Below are positions 39,214 through 51,275 of a DNA stretch of 64,000 nt, one piece after another. The position numbers were made by a program, and so were the translations under genes. The first letter of the stretch is position 1. Each line of letters starts with the position of its first letter. This DNA is from a virus. The notes under the pieces are model-generated. The model was not told the DNA's origin. It did no database searches and saw only the letters and a program-made list of their open reading frames with translations. Where the stretch lies: IMG/VR virus record IMGVR_UViG_3300037502_002960, positions 1 through 64,000 of that record; one strand, 5' to 3'.

Positions 39214-41436
39214 TTGGATAAACATGAAATTAAAGTAAAACCAACCAGACAACTATTTTTTAATGATGATTCAATGTTTGGCATATTTGCCTGTAATGTT
39301 ATAGGTGGAGATGAAAACATAGAACTGAATGATTACTATAATATCAGTGTGAAAGGCAATATGCCTAAATTAGAAATCAATAATGAATATACTATGGTTG
39401 TTGAAAAAGACAGTAGAAGTAATTACAAAGGTAGCTACGCTCTAATTGAACTAAAGAAGGATAAACCAATTGAAATATCTGAGCAAAAAAGCTTTTTAGA
39501 GGCTCTATTGACAGAAAAGCAGGTTGAGAATATTTACAGCTTCTATAAAGAGACTGATGATGTTATTGGTATGATTGAAAAAGACACTTTTGATTATGAC
39601 CAAGTTAAAGGAATTGGTGAAAAAACAGTAGAAAAAATCAAAGAAAAAATTAAGTCAAATATGGGTCTAAGTGACCTGTTAATCTTTGCAACGAAATATG
39701 GCATATCTAACAAGATGATAGCAAACCTTATAAGAAACAATGACCCATATTATGTTATGGAACAAATCAAAAAGAATGTTTATTTCCTAACAAAGTTTGA
39801 TGGATTTGGGTTTTTGAAAGCCGATGAAATAGCAAAAAATATTGGTTTTGATATGTCATCAATTGAGCGTATTAATGCTTGTGTTGAATATGTTATTTCA
39901 GAGGAAGTTTCAAGTGGTAATTCTTGGATTCAAGACAAAGATTTAATTAATAAAGTTGTTGATTTAACAGACTTGTCAAGAGATTGGATTATAAAAAATC
40001 TTGATGAAATAAAGGTTAAAAACGAATATATTGTGCTTGATAAAGATAGATATGCAAAAAAATCAGTCTATGAGGCAGAAAAATACGTAGCTGAAAGATT
40101 AAAAGGTATCTGTCAGAAACAAGAAGAGAAAATTGTTAGAAACAATATTTTCACAGATGATGAGATAAAAAATTACCTTGATGAATACTGTAAAGAAAAT
40201 AATGTAAAACTTGACCAAAAACAAATTGAATTCTTTTATGAATTCAATAATAATAATGTTATGGCTCTTATTGGTAACGCAGGTATGGGTAAATCATTCT
40301 TGATTGGAATTTTAATTAATTTGATTGAGAAGAAAGAAGGAATTAGTTATTCTCTTATGACCCCAACAGGTAAGAGCGCAAAAGTTTTGAGCGGATACAC
40401 AAAAAGAGAAGCAAAAACAATACACAGAGAAATAGGTTATGGTCACGGGAGTGAAAATTCAGAATATAAAAACCCTGTAAACAATGACATTATAGTTGTT
40501 GACGAGGTTTCAATGTGTGATGTGTTTTTAATGAAAAACCTATTAAGTGCTATCACAAAAAACGATGCAAAAATTCTTTTTGTTGGTGACGATGAACAGT
40601 TACCGTCAGTTTCTGTTGGTAGATTTATGTATGATATGATTGAGAGTGGTGTTGTGCCTGTCTTAAGATTAAGAAAAGTGTTTAGACAAAGTGAAGGCGG
40701 AATGCTTGATATTGCCACTAAGACAAGACAAGGAATTTCTTTCTTAGGAAATTATGATAGTGGGAGAAAGGTCTTTGGTAAAGATTGTGTGTTTTGGTTG
40801 GTAGACCAAGAGCACATGAAGAGTGGCTTGATATACAATTATAAAAATGTTATCAAAAAATTTGACCCCAAAGATGTATTGATTCTAACACCAACAAACA
40901 AGGGTAATCTAGGCACTGTTGAATTAAACAAAGAAATTCAGTCTATAGTTAATCCTCCTGCACAAAATAAAAAAGAGTTTAAGGTTGGTAAAAAAGAAGA
41001 CCCTAAAATCTATCGTGTTGGTGATATGGTGATGAACTTATCAAATAAATATGACATTGAAACTGAAAGTGGTATCGCAGATATATTCAACGGTGACACT
41101 GGTGAAATATTAGATATTAATCTAGAAGAAAAAGTTATGATTATATTAATAGACGGAATGAAAGTTTTATTTCCTTTGTCAGATGTTTATAATGATTTAT
41201 CTCATGCTTGGGCAACAACCATACATAAATCACAAGGTAGTGGATATGATGTTGTTATTTCTGTAATTGATAAGTCATCTACATTCCAGTTAAATAAAAA
41301 TTTACTTTATACTGGTTTGACTCGTGCTAAAAAATACAAACTAGTATTAACACAACCATATACCTTCAATAGTGCGTTGAAAAAATCCTCAAGCCTAGAT
41401 AGAAAAAGTTTTTTAAAAGAGTTTTTAACAAATTAG
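39214..41436 (+). CDS. recD2: RecD2-like SF1B helicase
   Basis: GNAGMGKS, VDEVSM, GDDEQL, VFRQ, FNGDTG, TIHKSQGS, YTGLTRAK; HhH motifs KGIG and GFGF. Confidence 0.92.
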   Translation: MDKHEIKVKPTRQLFFNDDSMFGIFACNVIGGDENIELNDYYNISVKGNMPKLEINNEYTMVVEKDSRSNYKGSYALIELKKDKPIEISEQKSFLEALLTEKQVENIYSFYKETDDVIGMIEKDTFDYDQVKGIGEKTVEKIKEKIKSNMGLSDLLIFATKYGISNKMIANLIRNNDPYYVMEQIKKNVYFLTKFDGFGFLKADEIAKNIGFDMSSIERINACVEYVISEEVSSGNSWIQDKDLINKVVDLTDLSRDWIIKNLDEIKVKNEYIVLDKDRYAKKSVYEAEKYVAERLKGICQKQEEKIVRNNIFTDDEIKNYLDEYCKENNVKLDQKQIEFFYEFNNNNVMALIGNAGMGKSFLIGILINLIEKKEGISYSLMTPTGKSAKVLSGYTKREAKTIHREIGYGHGSENSEYKNPVNNDIIVVDEVSMCDVFLMKNLLSAITKNDAKILFVGDDEQLPSVSVGRFMYDMIESGVVPVLRLRKVFRQSEGGMLDIATKTRQGISFLGNYDSGRKVFGKDCVFWLVDQEHMKSGLIYNYKNVIKKFDPKDVLILTPTNKGNLGTVELNKEIQSIVNPPAQNKKEFKVGKKEDPKIYRVGDMVMNLSNKYDIETESGIADIFNGDTGEILDINLEEKVMIILIDGMKVLFPLSDVYNDLSHAWATTIHKSQGSGYDVVISVIDKSSTFQLNKNLLYTGLTRAKKYKLVLTQPYTFNSALKKSSSLDRKSFLKEFLTN

Positions 41437-41502
41437 TTAAAAGCTCTTGACAAAAACAAAAAATAATGATATAATATATTTATATAAATTAGGAGGTATT
41501 CT

Positions 41503-42435
41503 ATGGTAAAACCAATTGTATATGATATTAAAAATGATAATGCTGGTATTTTTGACAGCATTGTATTCAAAGATGGTGAGTTTTATGTTTTAGCCAATTT
41601 TCAAGGTGGCTTAAACTATGTAAAAGAATCTGAGACAAATATTATTGAACCAATTTTTATAGACCATCCAAAAGTAGGAAACGTTTATAATGGTGATATT
41701 TTCAAAGATGATGAAGAAAACCCAGTATTCTCTATTGAGTTTAGCGAATTAGATGATACAAAATTAAAGTTAGTGGAATATCTTAATAATGGTGGAAAAG
41801 ATGAAACAGACATTGATAAAGATACTGCTGTAGAAATTATTAGTGGAGGTAAATTACTAGGAAACATTTATTTAAAAGACAATCCAGAAAGTTACTTGAA
41901 AGAGATTAACAGTGTTTATACACCTAATTTTAAAATTAAAGTTGTTAAGCACGGGAAAGAGATTATGTATGCTTGCAATAATGTACGAGACGAAGTAATT
42001 GATTTAATTTCTGTTTCATTTATTGGTTTTGACATGGTTGATGAACAATACGTCCGTATTACATACGACCACAATGAATATCAACAGTTAGTTGAAAAGG
42101 ATTTTATTAAAGATTTAACAGATGCTGAAGCTTTTGGGGAATTGGAGAAAATTCTTTACGGAGATACAAGCAAAGGGTGTGATTCTGAAGAAGATTTATG
42201 CTCTGATATTTATATTGATGATAGTAATGGGGTAAAAGGTTTTGACTCTTTTACTGGCAAATTTGAGATTGATGGAGAAGATGTAGCAACTTTTGATTTT
42301 TCAAATATGTCAATCGATGCTGATAAAATTACAATCACTTCTGATGAAGTCTTAACAGTTGGAAACAGTAAGCCTAAAAAATGTGAAAAATGTCTCAGAG
42401 AATATAAAAATTGCATGTGTGATTTATGGGACTAA
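41503..42435 (+). CDS. Hypothetical acidic protein with C-terminal Cys cluster
   Basis: 310 aa, RBS AGGAGG, own promoter; CEKC..NCMC. Confidence 0.7.
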   Translation: MVKPIVYDIKNDNAGIFDSIVFKDGEFYVLANFQGGLNYVKESETNIIEPIFIDHPKVGNVYNGDIFKDDEENPVFSIEFSELDDTKLKLVEYLNNGGKDETDIDKDTAVEIISGGKLLGNIYLKDNPESYLKEINSVYTPNFKIKVVKHGKEIMYACNNVRDEVIDLISVSFIGFDMVDEQYVRITYDHNEYQQLVEKDFIKDLTDAEAFGELEKILYGDTSKGCDSEEDLCSDIYIDDSNGVKGFDSFTGKFEIDGEDVATFDFSNMSIDADKITITSDEVLTVGNSKPKKCEKCLREYKNCMCDLWD

Positions 42436-42692
42436 AGGAGGATAATATGAATAATACACAAGAGTTTTTTGATGCGGTACAGTCATTTACAGAATCTTAC
42501 GATGGTACAGAATTAGTTGTTAGAGTTAAAAATGGTGAGCCAATTAGTTTGTTTTTATCTATTGACCACTTTGGAACGATGAAAGTAGAGCCAACATTAG
42601 AGGGTCTATCTGAAATCAATGATAAAATGGTGCATATTGAAAAAGATGTTAACAAAATTAAAAAAGCAATGAAAGATGCTAAAAATTTATAA
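42426..42692 (+). CDS. Hypothetical protein
   Basis: RBS AAGGAGG favours the ATG at 42447; hairpin terminator at 42702-42726. Confidence 0.65.
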   Translation: MGLKEDNMNNTQEFFDAVQSFTESYDGTELVVRVKNGEPISLFLSIDHFGTMKVEPTLEGLSEINDKMVHIEKDVNKIKKAMKDAKNL

Positions 42693-42750
42693 ACAGTAAA
42701 ATTAGCCTACTAATATAGTAGGCTAAAAGTCTTACAAAAGAGGTGGTATT

Positions 42751-43155
42751 TTGTCAGAATTAAAAGTTGGAAGTTATGTTGTTGTTAATAACCCTAGTTG
42801 TTTGAATTATGGTTTAAAAGGTTTTGTTACAGAAGTATTTGAAGATTATGTGTATCCTGTGAATATAGAGTTTGATGATGAGTCAAAAGAAGATAACAAG
42901 TATAGAGAAAGCGAGAATTTATACCTATTATCTGAAGTAAAAGTTTTGCAAGATGCAGATTCTGCAGATTCTGAAGAGTCGGAACAAGGCAAAAAAGCGC
43001 CTAATATTTATGAAAGAATTGACTATATTATAAAAGAGATAGCAAACCTTGATACAAAAATCGAGAATAAAGCATATGCAGTTAAAAACCTAAAAAGTGC
43101 TCAGAATTGGCTTTACAGAGAAGAGTTTTTTAAGGATGTAGAAGATGAACAATAA
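42751..43155 (+). CDS. Hypothetical protein with KOW/SH3-like N-terminus
   Basis: LKVGSYVVV..YGLKGFVTEV; RBS GAGG. Confidence 0.6.
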   Translation: MSELKVGSYVVVNNPSCLNYGLKGFVTEVFEDYVYPVNIEFDDESKEDNKYRESENLYLLSEVKVLQDADSADSEESEQGKKAPNIYERIDYIIKEIANLDTKIENKAYAVKNLKSAQNWLYREEFFKDVEDEQ

Positions 43156-43498
43156 AGAAGATAAAAAGTTTAAAAAGTCTATAAAAAAAATATCAAAAAA
43201 TCCAACAATTAACTATAAAGTATGGGAAATGTTTGTGGACATAGGTTTTTATAAATATGTTATGTCATTAACAGATAGCTCAGAAGACCTAGATACAGTT
43301 ATATCTTTTATTGAAAGAGTTTTTGACACAGTAGATGTAAATAAAACTATTGAACTAGCTAAAAAAATAGAAGATATGAATGAAGATGAGATTGTAAGTG
43401 AGTCTTTCAAACATGTTCCAGACAAAGATTTGTCTAGATACATTATGTTATTAGAGTATATGTCTATGAAAATAGGTGAAAGAAATGAAAACAGCTAA
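43145..43498 (+). CDS. Hypothetical protein
   Basis: 117 aa coupled ORF. Confidence 0.6.
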   Translation: MNNKEDKKFKKSIKKISKNPTINYKVWEMFVDIGFYKYVMSLTDSSEDLDTVISFIERVFDTVDVNKTIELAKKIEDMNEDEIVSESFKHVPDKDLSRYIMLLEYMSMKIGERNENS

Positions 43499-43613
43499 AA
43501 CATTATATAGAAGAATAGTGATATTTTTATCTAAATTCATTTAAGGCAGATTAGTTAATTAATCTGTCTTTTTCTATTGACAAAAATAAAAAATAATGCT
43601 ATAATATAAATAG

Positions 43614-44436
<823 letters not shown>

Positions 44437-44452
<16 letters not shown>

Positions 44453-45018
44453 TGGAATATATTACTTCTGATTTACATTTTGGTCATAAAAATATTTGTG
44501 GCGAGAACGGTTTTTGTACAACAAGAAAACATTTTAAAGATGTTGATGAGATGAATGAAGCAATTATTGAAAACTGGAATAAAAAGGTTAATAAAAATGA
44601 TAAGGTTTATGTATTAGGTGATTTATGTATGAACATGAAACCAAATGACCTCTTTGAAACTATGAATCAGTTAAAAGGTGAGATTTGGTTGGTTAAAGGA
44701 AACCATGATAATAATAGAATCTTTAAAGCATTAGTTAATGGAAATCCAGAAAAGTTTAAACTAATTCCTATGGGGGATATTGTAAAAAGAAATGGAATTC
44801 AATATTATTTGACACACTATCCGCAAGGTTTAGGTGAAAAAAGACGTAAAATTAGAAACTTATGCGGACACATTCACGAAGAAATTGCTAGAGACCCTAA
44901 TGTTATGAACGTTGGTATTGATTCACCAGAGATTGATACAAAGAACTTTGGTGAACCAGTTGAGTTACAACATGCAATGGATTTATTGGATGAAAAGTTT
45001 AAAAAATCTATTGAATAA
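44437..45018 (+). CDS. Calcineurin-like metallophosphoesterase
   Basis: SDLHFGH, LGD, KGNHD, THYP, GHIH; probable start ATG at 44452. Confidence 0.88.
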
Positions 45019-45422
45019 ACAAGGAGTGTAAAGTTTTGGAAAATTTTAAAATTAAATATTATAGATTACTAGAAGATTGGGCAGATTTAAAGTCTGATTA
45101 TAAAGATACAGTCGAGGCTCTAAAGGAAACTGAACAAATCTTAAATGATTATGAAGAAGCTTTTTATTTTAATGAATTTTCAGAAAAAGATAATGAGTAG
45201 ATTATGATTATTATTGATGGAAAAGAGTATAAAAAGTTTAATGAAATAGTTGATTTTTTCGAGAAAAAGTATGATTTTTCGTGTATTTATTGGAAAAATG
45301 CAGTAAAAACAGGTGACTTTCATACAATTTTTGATTTTTTAGTTAAAAATGGAGTAAAAGAGAATATTGAATTAAAATATTGAGTTAAAATAGGGTTAAA
45401 AATAAATTAATAGGAGAATAAT

Positions 45423-45842
45423 ATGAAATATAAAGAATTTAAAAATATTTTACCAAACTATGTGTTTAAGTTAGAATATTTGGCAAATCAAAATATCATT
45501 GTTGTTTCTGACGCTACTAATACGGGTTTAACTTATGGTGTAGTAGGGACAAATAATATGTATGACGTTAGAACCTATAATTTACACAGGTTGTATAAAG
45601 ATTATGCAGAAATTCTTTACTCAGCATTGGTTAAACTTGCAGAGACACCTGTTGGTGAGCGTGGCAATTGGGAAACACTATACTATATTAAATATCCTTT
45701 TGTCAATTCGGATGAAGTTGTGTACGCTGGTAAAGGCGATGACCTAGTTTATAAAAAAGAGTATGCAAGTAAATTCACATATGATGAAGTTAAAAATAAA
45801 AGAAGCGAGTTATTACCGTTTTTAGTTGAAGCTTTAGGTTAA
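45423..45842 (+). CDS. Hypothetical protein
   Basis: 139 aa, RBS AGGAG. Confidence 0.65.
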   Translation: MKYKEFKNILPNYVFKLEYLANQNIIVVSDATNTGLTYGVVGTNNMYDVRTYNLHRLYKDYAEILYSALVKLAETPVGERGNWETLYYIKYPFVNSDEVVYAGKGDDLVYKKEYASKFTYDEVKNKRSELLPFLVEALG

Positions 45843-45856
45843 TCTTTATAAAAAGG

Positions 45857-46372
45857 TTGGTGAAATTATTGGGAAAAATTGATAAAGAGGCAAGATTGAA
45901 GAATTTAGATAATGAAATTGTTGATTTATTAAATAGTGTTGGTGAGGTTGACATATATCAAAGCGGTTATAAAAAGGGAATTTATGATACACTAGATATT
46001 GTAAGAATATATATTAATAAAGAGTTAGAATTAATTAAAGACACCCAAAGAAATTTTGGTGTAGGTCAAACTGTTTGGGTACAAAATATCAAGTTTAATG
46101 GAGAAGATAGTGATGGATTGGCTCTTTTAGATGCTTTAGAGTGTGTTGTTGTTGAAAGTGACGATGAAACAGCTAAAATCCAGAGAGTAGAGAATAGTAA
46201 TATGGAATTTGATGTTTATCAAAAGACAGGCTATTTAGTTAATATGCCTGGTATCAAGGTGTGGTCAGACATTAATGATTTTAGAAAATTTAAAGAATAC
46301 TATAAAGAATACTTTAAGGCACAAAAACTTTTAAAAGAAGCAAAGGACTCCATAGATAAATTAATAAAATAA
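45857..46372 (+). CDS. Hypothetical protein
   Basis: 171 aa in the operon. Confidence 0.6.
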   Translation: MVKLLGKIDKEARLKNLDNEIVDLLNSVGEVDIYQSGYKKGIYDTLDIVRIYINKELELIKDTQRNFGVGQTVWVQNIKFNGEDSDGLALLDALECVVVESDDETAKIQRVENSNMEFDVYQKTGYLVNMPGIKVWSDINDFRKFKEYYKEYFKAQKLLKEAKDSIDKLIK

Positions 46373-46389
46373 TAATCGAGGTGAAAATA

Positions 46390-46560
46390 TTGTCAAAAGG
46401 TAACGGGTTTATAAGTAGAATTTTATGTAAACATAAGAGAATAAAGGTTGAAAAGGTCAAGTCAATGTTTAAAAATACTTATATGGAGCATTATGTATGC
46501 GAAAAGTGTGGCAAACACATTAAAACAGTATATAAGGATAAGAAGAAAGAAACAGATTAA
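46390..46560 (+). CDS. Small basic Zn-ribbon protein (not in the ORF track)
   Basis: TTG start after GAGGTG; ILCKH...YVCEKCGK, 56 aa; followed by a GGATAACCA/TGGTTATCC terminator. Confidence 0.6.
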   Translation: MSKGNGFISRILCKHKRIKVEKVKSMFKNTYMEHYVCEKCGKHIKTVYKDKKKETD

Positions 46561-46650
46561 GGATAACCATATTGGTTATCCTTTTTATATTGACTTTTGT
46601 ATGTTTTTGTGGTATAATTGAGTTAGGTAAAATATATAAAAACTAAGGAG

Positions 46651-46875
46651 ATGTTTAAGATGGAAGAAAAAGAAAATGCTGTTGTTTATAAAACTGATGA
46701 AGGAAAAGGTTTATTTGTGCCAGAGGGTAAGAGTGGTTTGATTTTGGACGATATTGATAAAAAATTGGATAAAGTTGATGAGGATATACTTGAAATGCGT
46801 AAAACATTAGAGAAAATGCTATTAAAAACAGACAATCTTTTATCAAAATTAGAGTATAAAGCTGGTGATGAGTAA
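46651..46875 (+). CDS. Hypothetical coiled-coil protein
   Basis: 74 aa after the promoter at 46590. Confidence 0.55.
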   Translation: MFKMEEKENAVVYKTDEGKGLFVPEGKSGLILDDIDKKLDKVDEDILEMRKTLEKMLLKTDNLLSKLEYKAGDE

Positions 46876-47617
46876 TATGTGTAATGGTTATAATTGTATA
46901 GATAAGAATGGTGTCAGACAAGAAACAGTTGATTTGAATTTAAATGTTAAAATTAAGAAAGATTTAAAGGATACAGAGGTAGTTTGCAGTGAGTGTAAAG
47001 GGCTTGGTATTGTAATTTCTGATAATAATTATACTGTCATTGATGATTTTAATAATTTATCTAACTACAAAAACCCTAGCTTAATCTTCTGTACAAGCTG
47101 TTATAACGGTGTCCAAAATAAGTGTGAACACTGTGGTAAGGTAAACGGAAGAAGTAAGATGTGTAGCTGTGATGGCTATAAGAAAGAGTTGTCAGAAAAG
47201 ATAGAAAAACGTGAACAGGATAAATGGGACAAGGCTGAAAAATTTAATGTTGTTGATTTGAGAGATAGTGGTTATGACAACATGGTTTATTTAAATGATT
47301 ATGATGATTATTTTGATGACATTGATAGTTTAATTGATTACTTACATGATGAGATTGAGGATGGGCAAACTAGTAAAGAAGATGTAACAGATATGAAAGT
47401 TTATTTTACAAAAAAGATTGGTGTAAATCTTGATGCTCATAGTATTATGGAATATGCTTGTGAAGAATTGCATGAGGATGCATTTGAAAGAATTGATAAG
47501 TTAGATTTATTACAGGATGAATTAGATATTTTTGTTGAAAAATATTGTAGTGGTGCTACTACATACATACCAGATTATAGCAAGGCTGTTGTTTTAAAAT
47601 ATTATGATTTAATTTAA
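46865..47617 (+). CDS. Hypothetical protein with DnaJ-like Zn finger
   Basis: CSECKGLG, CTSCYNG, CEHCGK. Confidence 0.65.
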   Translation: MMSNMCNGYNCIDKNGVRQETVDLNLNVKIKKDLKDTEVVCSECKGLGIVISDNNYTVIDDFNNLSNYKNPSLIFCTSCYNGVQNKCEHCGKVNGRSKMCSCDGYKKELSEKIEKREQDKWDKAEKFNVVDLRDSGYDNMVYLNDYDDYFDDIDSLIDYLHDEIEDGQTSKEDVTDMKVYFTKKIGVNLDAHSIMEYACEELHEDAFERIDKLDLLQDELDIFVEKYCSGATTYIPDYSKAVVLKYYDLI

Positions 47618-47654
47618 AAATGAAAACACGAGGTGAAAATATGGAGGTAAAAAT

Positions 47655-48119
47655 ATGAAAGAAAACGTTAAAAACGATACAAGTAGGATAGGATTCAAAG
47701 AGCTTAGTGAATTACTTGGTGAAAGTAAGGATAAGATTATGGATTCTGAATACTTAGATAGGTTAAGGGATGTCTTACATGATGAGGTTGTGGGTAAAGA
47801 AGAAGAAAGTATTAGGATTTATAAACTTATTGAGAAAGCAAAAGACGATTTGACTAATAGGGGTTTAGAATATTCTTATATTTGGTATAACTTATTTTTC
47901 TATGGTGCTGGAATTCATGGAAAAATGGGTATTGGTGAAAAAAGAGAAACTTTTAGACAAGATAGTGAGATGTCTAGGTTAATGTGGATGCAGTGGTTAG
48001 CTAGTGGGTATGTTAGTATATATGAAAAAGGTGAGATGCATATGCTTAATGCATGGGTTAATGTTGCTGACGAACAGTTAAAAGAGTTTGGGAAATTGTA
48101 TAGATATATGCTTGAGTAG
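47655..48119 (+). CDS. Hypothetical protein
   Basis: 154 aa, RBS GGAGG; terminator AGTCTCAGT/ACTGAGGCT plus T tract at 48128-48160. Confidence 0.65.
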   Translation: MKENVKNDTSRIGFKELSELLGESKDKIMDSEYLDRLRDVLHDEVVGKEEESIRIYKLIEKAKDDLTNRGLEYSYIWYNLFFYGAGIHGKMGIGEKRETFRQDSEMSRLMWMQWLASGYVSIYEKGEMHMLNAWVNVADEQLKEFGKLYRYMLE

Positions 48120-48930
48120 TTAATGTGAGTCTCAGTTTTTATACTGAGGCTTATTTTTTTGGTCAATTTTAATATAGGTATGGTGGTTTGGGTAGTGATT
48201 TATTTGAAAAGTAAAAAATATACCCCCTCCCATGCGTGAATCTGGGTATATGTAAATTTTGTGGCACTATATGTAGATTGAGTATTTTTTAATGACCGTA
48301 CATATTGAGGATATTTAGTAATTTTTGGGTGACATTATAGTGTTTAAAAGGGCTAGAAACGTTGGTGTTAAAGGATTTTTGGTAGTTGGTGGTGGTGATA
48401 TTATGGTCAAGTTATGGTTTGGGTGAAAATTTTCAATCGTATGGAAGAGATTTTAGGGGTGGGAAATTATATAATATGGAAGATTAGGTTGGGTTAAGGT
48501 TGGATTGGGGTGAGAGGTTGTGAAAGGCTGATGTAGATAGGGTTTGAGGGTGTTTTAGGTGTGGATAAACAGGTGGATTTAGGGTTTTTTTATGTAGATT
48601 TAGGGTGGATTTAAGGTTAATGTGGAGTGATTTTGAGGTTGTATTTTTGCGTGGACGAGGTTTGATTATGGGTGATTGGGTGTGTTATGGAGGTGATTTA
48701 GGGTGATGGATGTTGACAAGAGATTGAGATAATAGGGTTAATAGAGGGGATTTTAGACGATGTTGAAAAAAGAGTGGGAAATGGGTTTTACGGATGGAAA
48801 AGGGTGTAAATGGGTGAGATTGGGGTGGGATATGGAGAAAATGGGATAGAGGTGAAAATGAACACGGAGTGTGGGAGTTGGAGTGCTATACACATTTTGA
48901 GAACTGGATTGGAAGAAAATGGTAAAAAAC

Positions 48931-48958
48931 TACCCCTATAAGGTACGTTATAGGGACT
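48931..48958. other. dif-like tyrosine-recombinase site (11-6-11)
   Basis: TACCCCTATAA-GGTACG-TTATAGGGACT at the G-rich/C-rich switch between convergent operons. Confidence 0.6.
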
Positions 48959-49475
48959 CCCACCTGGTAGAATATGGCAGGGATAAATGGAAAATTGTGG
49001 TAACCTTGATTGGAAGATTACGGTATTTTACTGTAAGATTATACCAAAGTTTATATCTGTAAAATATGGTAAACCTTCCCACAATCGCCACCTATTGTTA
49101 ACACGGCTTGTTTGGTCTTAGACTTCCAACTACCCTTAGTAACCTCCCTTCCCTCTCTCACTAAATAACTTATAGTAACCTACTTACTTTTTGTAACCAA
49201 CCTGAACCAACCCCACAACCTCCAACCCTAAAAAAAGGACCAATTCACCACCTACCAATTTTACCAAAAATTCCCAAACTAAAAAATCCTGATCCCCTGA
49301 TCCCTACTCTCTCAGACCCTCACCAAGTGAAACGAACAATACAACTATACATCTTTTAATGTTTCATTCTCTCTAATCGCCTTCTAGCAACATCACCAGG
49401 ACAACCAACCAACCAGCCTATATAACTAAGCATATAAAAAAACCTAGCGACCATAGTCACCAGGTTTTCATCTTA

Positions 49476-50681
49476 TTAGTGGTTATGCGCTTCACATGTT
49501 AACCCTAATACCTTGTTTAATAGCTTAGTGTTCAATCTAATTCTTACAACGTTGTGATATTCATCTATATCATATTCTTCATTATAAGCTGTTACTCTGC
49601 TTTCAAACTCTATCTTCTCTTCTACGTCCTCTTCATATTCAATATAAACATAATACGAACCCGAACCATCGCACATTGGACAGGACACGTCCCGATAATC
49701 GTATTCCTCAGTTATGGGGTTCTCAAAATCTAACTCAATCTCTCCGTCCCCCTCGCACAACGGGCAATCTATTTCCACGTCATCGCTAAATGTTACATAG
49801 CTTGTAACATAATCAGTATATGAAGTATAATAACCACCGTCGAAATCATTTGTTATAACTTCACTCTCACTTAAGCGACCGCTTACCTCTTTCCCAAATA
49901 CTCTTTTATTTAATTCCTGGATTAATTCTAACCCTCTCTCTAATGTTTGAGTGTTTTCATTCTTTCCATAGAGCTTTGTGGGTACTAATATATTAAATCC
50001 TTCATAGTTAACCTCTTTCATAATAACCCTTGCCATAAAACTATCACTTATATTGTCAATGCTTTTCACGTCTTCCAGGTTCTCATGTAAGAAAGCCACG
50101 TATAAAGAAGTATCATAGACCGAACCGATTAAGCGCTGATTGTATCTATCTCCTCCATGATATGTTTTTTGACATGATGACCAGCTCCCGTCATTATAGT
50201 TAGTCATTCCAGCGACTACGTGAGGCATAGCAGATATAGTTATATATGCATCGCCTTCAATCTTTTCAATTGAACTGTACCAATCTAAAACCGTCTGATT
50301 AATACCCATTTTATTTAACTTCTTGGATAACTTCGTCCCGTTTTCTAATCGATTATTTATAAAGTTATCATAAGTTAAAGAGTTTAAAAACTCTTTAACT
50401 TCTTTCACTTTATCGAACTTTTTCTTTTTCTCGTCTTCACTATCGTATAATCTAGCATAATCTAAGACCCCGATTATTAATTCTTTAAAGGTGTTAAACT
50501 CTTTTAATAACTGAGTTTTAACTTTATAAGTGCCTTCACCAATATGAACCCGTTCCCGATATTCAAAATCGAACATATCACCAGCTTCTAACATAGAGAC
50601 CATCTCATCATATGAATCATTGAAAGAGATACACTCTTTCATAATATCACCTAAAAACTCAACTTTTTTACTGTTTGTCAT
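49476..50681 (-). CDS. Hypothetical protein with DnaJ-type CxxCxGxG motifs
   Basis: 401 aa; WSSCQ; CPLCEGDG and CPMCDGSG; RBS AAGGGAG. Confidence 0.75.
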   Translation of the reverse strand: MTNSKKVEFLGDIMKECISFNDSYDEMVSMLEAGDMFDFEYRERVHIGEGTYKVKTQLLKEFNTFKELIIGVLDYARLYDSEDEKKKKFDKVKEVKEFLNSLTYDNFINNRLENGTKLSKKLNKMGINQTVLDWYSSIEKIEGDAYITISAMPHVVAGMTNYNDGSWSSCQKTYHGGDRYNQRLIGSVYDTSLYVAFLHENLEDVKSIDNISDSFMARVIMKEVNYEGFNILVPTKLYGKNENTQTLERGLELIQELNKRVFGKEVSGRLSESEVITNDFDGGYYTSYTDYVTSYVTFSDDVEIDCPLCEGDGEIELDFENPITEEYDYRDVSCPMCDGSGSYYVYIEYEEDVEEKIEFESRVTAYNEEYDIDEYHNVVRIRLNTKLLNKVLGLTCEAHNH

Positions 50682-50760
50682 TTTAAAAACTCCCTTTCGT
50701 TTTTTCCATTTTTTTGGTAAATTTTTTTAACCGCTTTTTCTAATCCCCAAACTTAAAATT

Positions 50761-51237
50761 TTATAGGTACCCTTTTTCCTTTAATGAAAGATAACTATTA
50801 CTAGCAATGTCTCCTGGTACAATTAAAGAGTCTAATAATTGAATCCCTACCAACTCCCCAACTTGCTTGAGTCTTTCAGTTACCCTTATATCTTCTTGAG
50901 ACGGTGCGCAATCCCCACTAGGATGATTATGAGCAACTATGAAACTAGTTGCATTTCCAACAACCAAGGACTTAAACACTTCTCTTGGGTGGACTATTGA
51001 ACTATTTACCGTTCCGATTGATACCGTTTCAATAAAATTCACTTTGTTCTTGGTATCAAGACCGAGAACGATAAATTGTTCCCTATCTGAACCCTCTAAA
51101 TATTGATTAATTATTTTTGCGCATGATTCTGGACTCTTTACAATATTGTTCTCGTACCATTCGATTGACTCTCTTACTAACTTCACTCTTACACTTTCGA
51201 TTTTTTTCTTGCCTTTGTTAACGTTCATTTTAAGCAC
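50761..51237 (-). CDS. radC: RadC-like JAB/JAMM domain protein
   Basis: DREQF, VHPREVF, HNHPSGD..PSQED. Confidence 0.9.
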   Translation of the reverse strand: MLKMNVNKGKKKIESVRVKLVRESIEWYENNIVKSPESCAKIINQYLEGSDREQFIVLGLDTKNKVNFIETVSIGTVNSSIVHPREVFKSLVVGNATSFIVAHNHPSGDCAPSQEDIRVTERLKQVGELVGIQLLDSLIVPGDIASNSYLSLKEKGYL

Positions 51238-51275
51238 GTCCTTTTTTAGTATTTTAGATAATTAATATTATAATA

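Noticed and set aside
48480-48850. G-quadruplex or telomere-like repeat
   Set aside because: Mostly GG/GGG runs with no fixed unit; better explained as part of the polar skew around the dif-like site, though G4 formation is not excluded.
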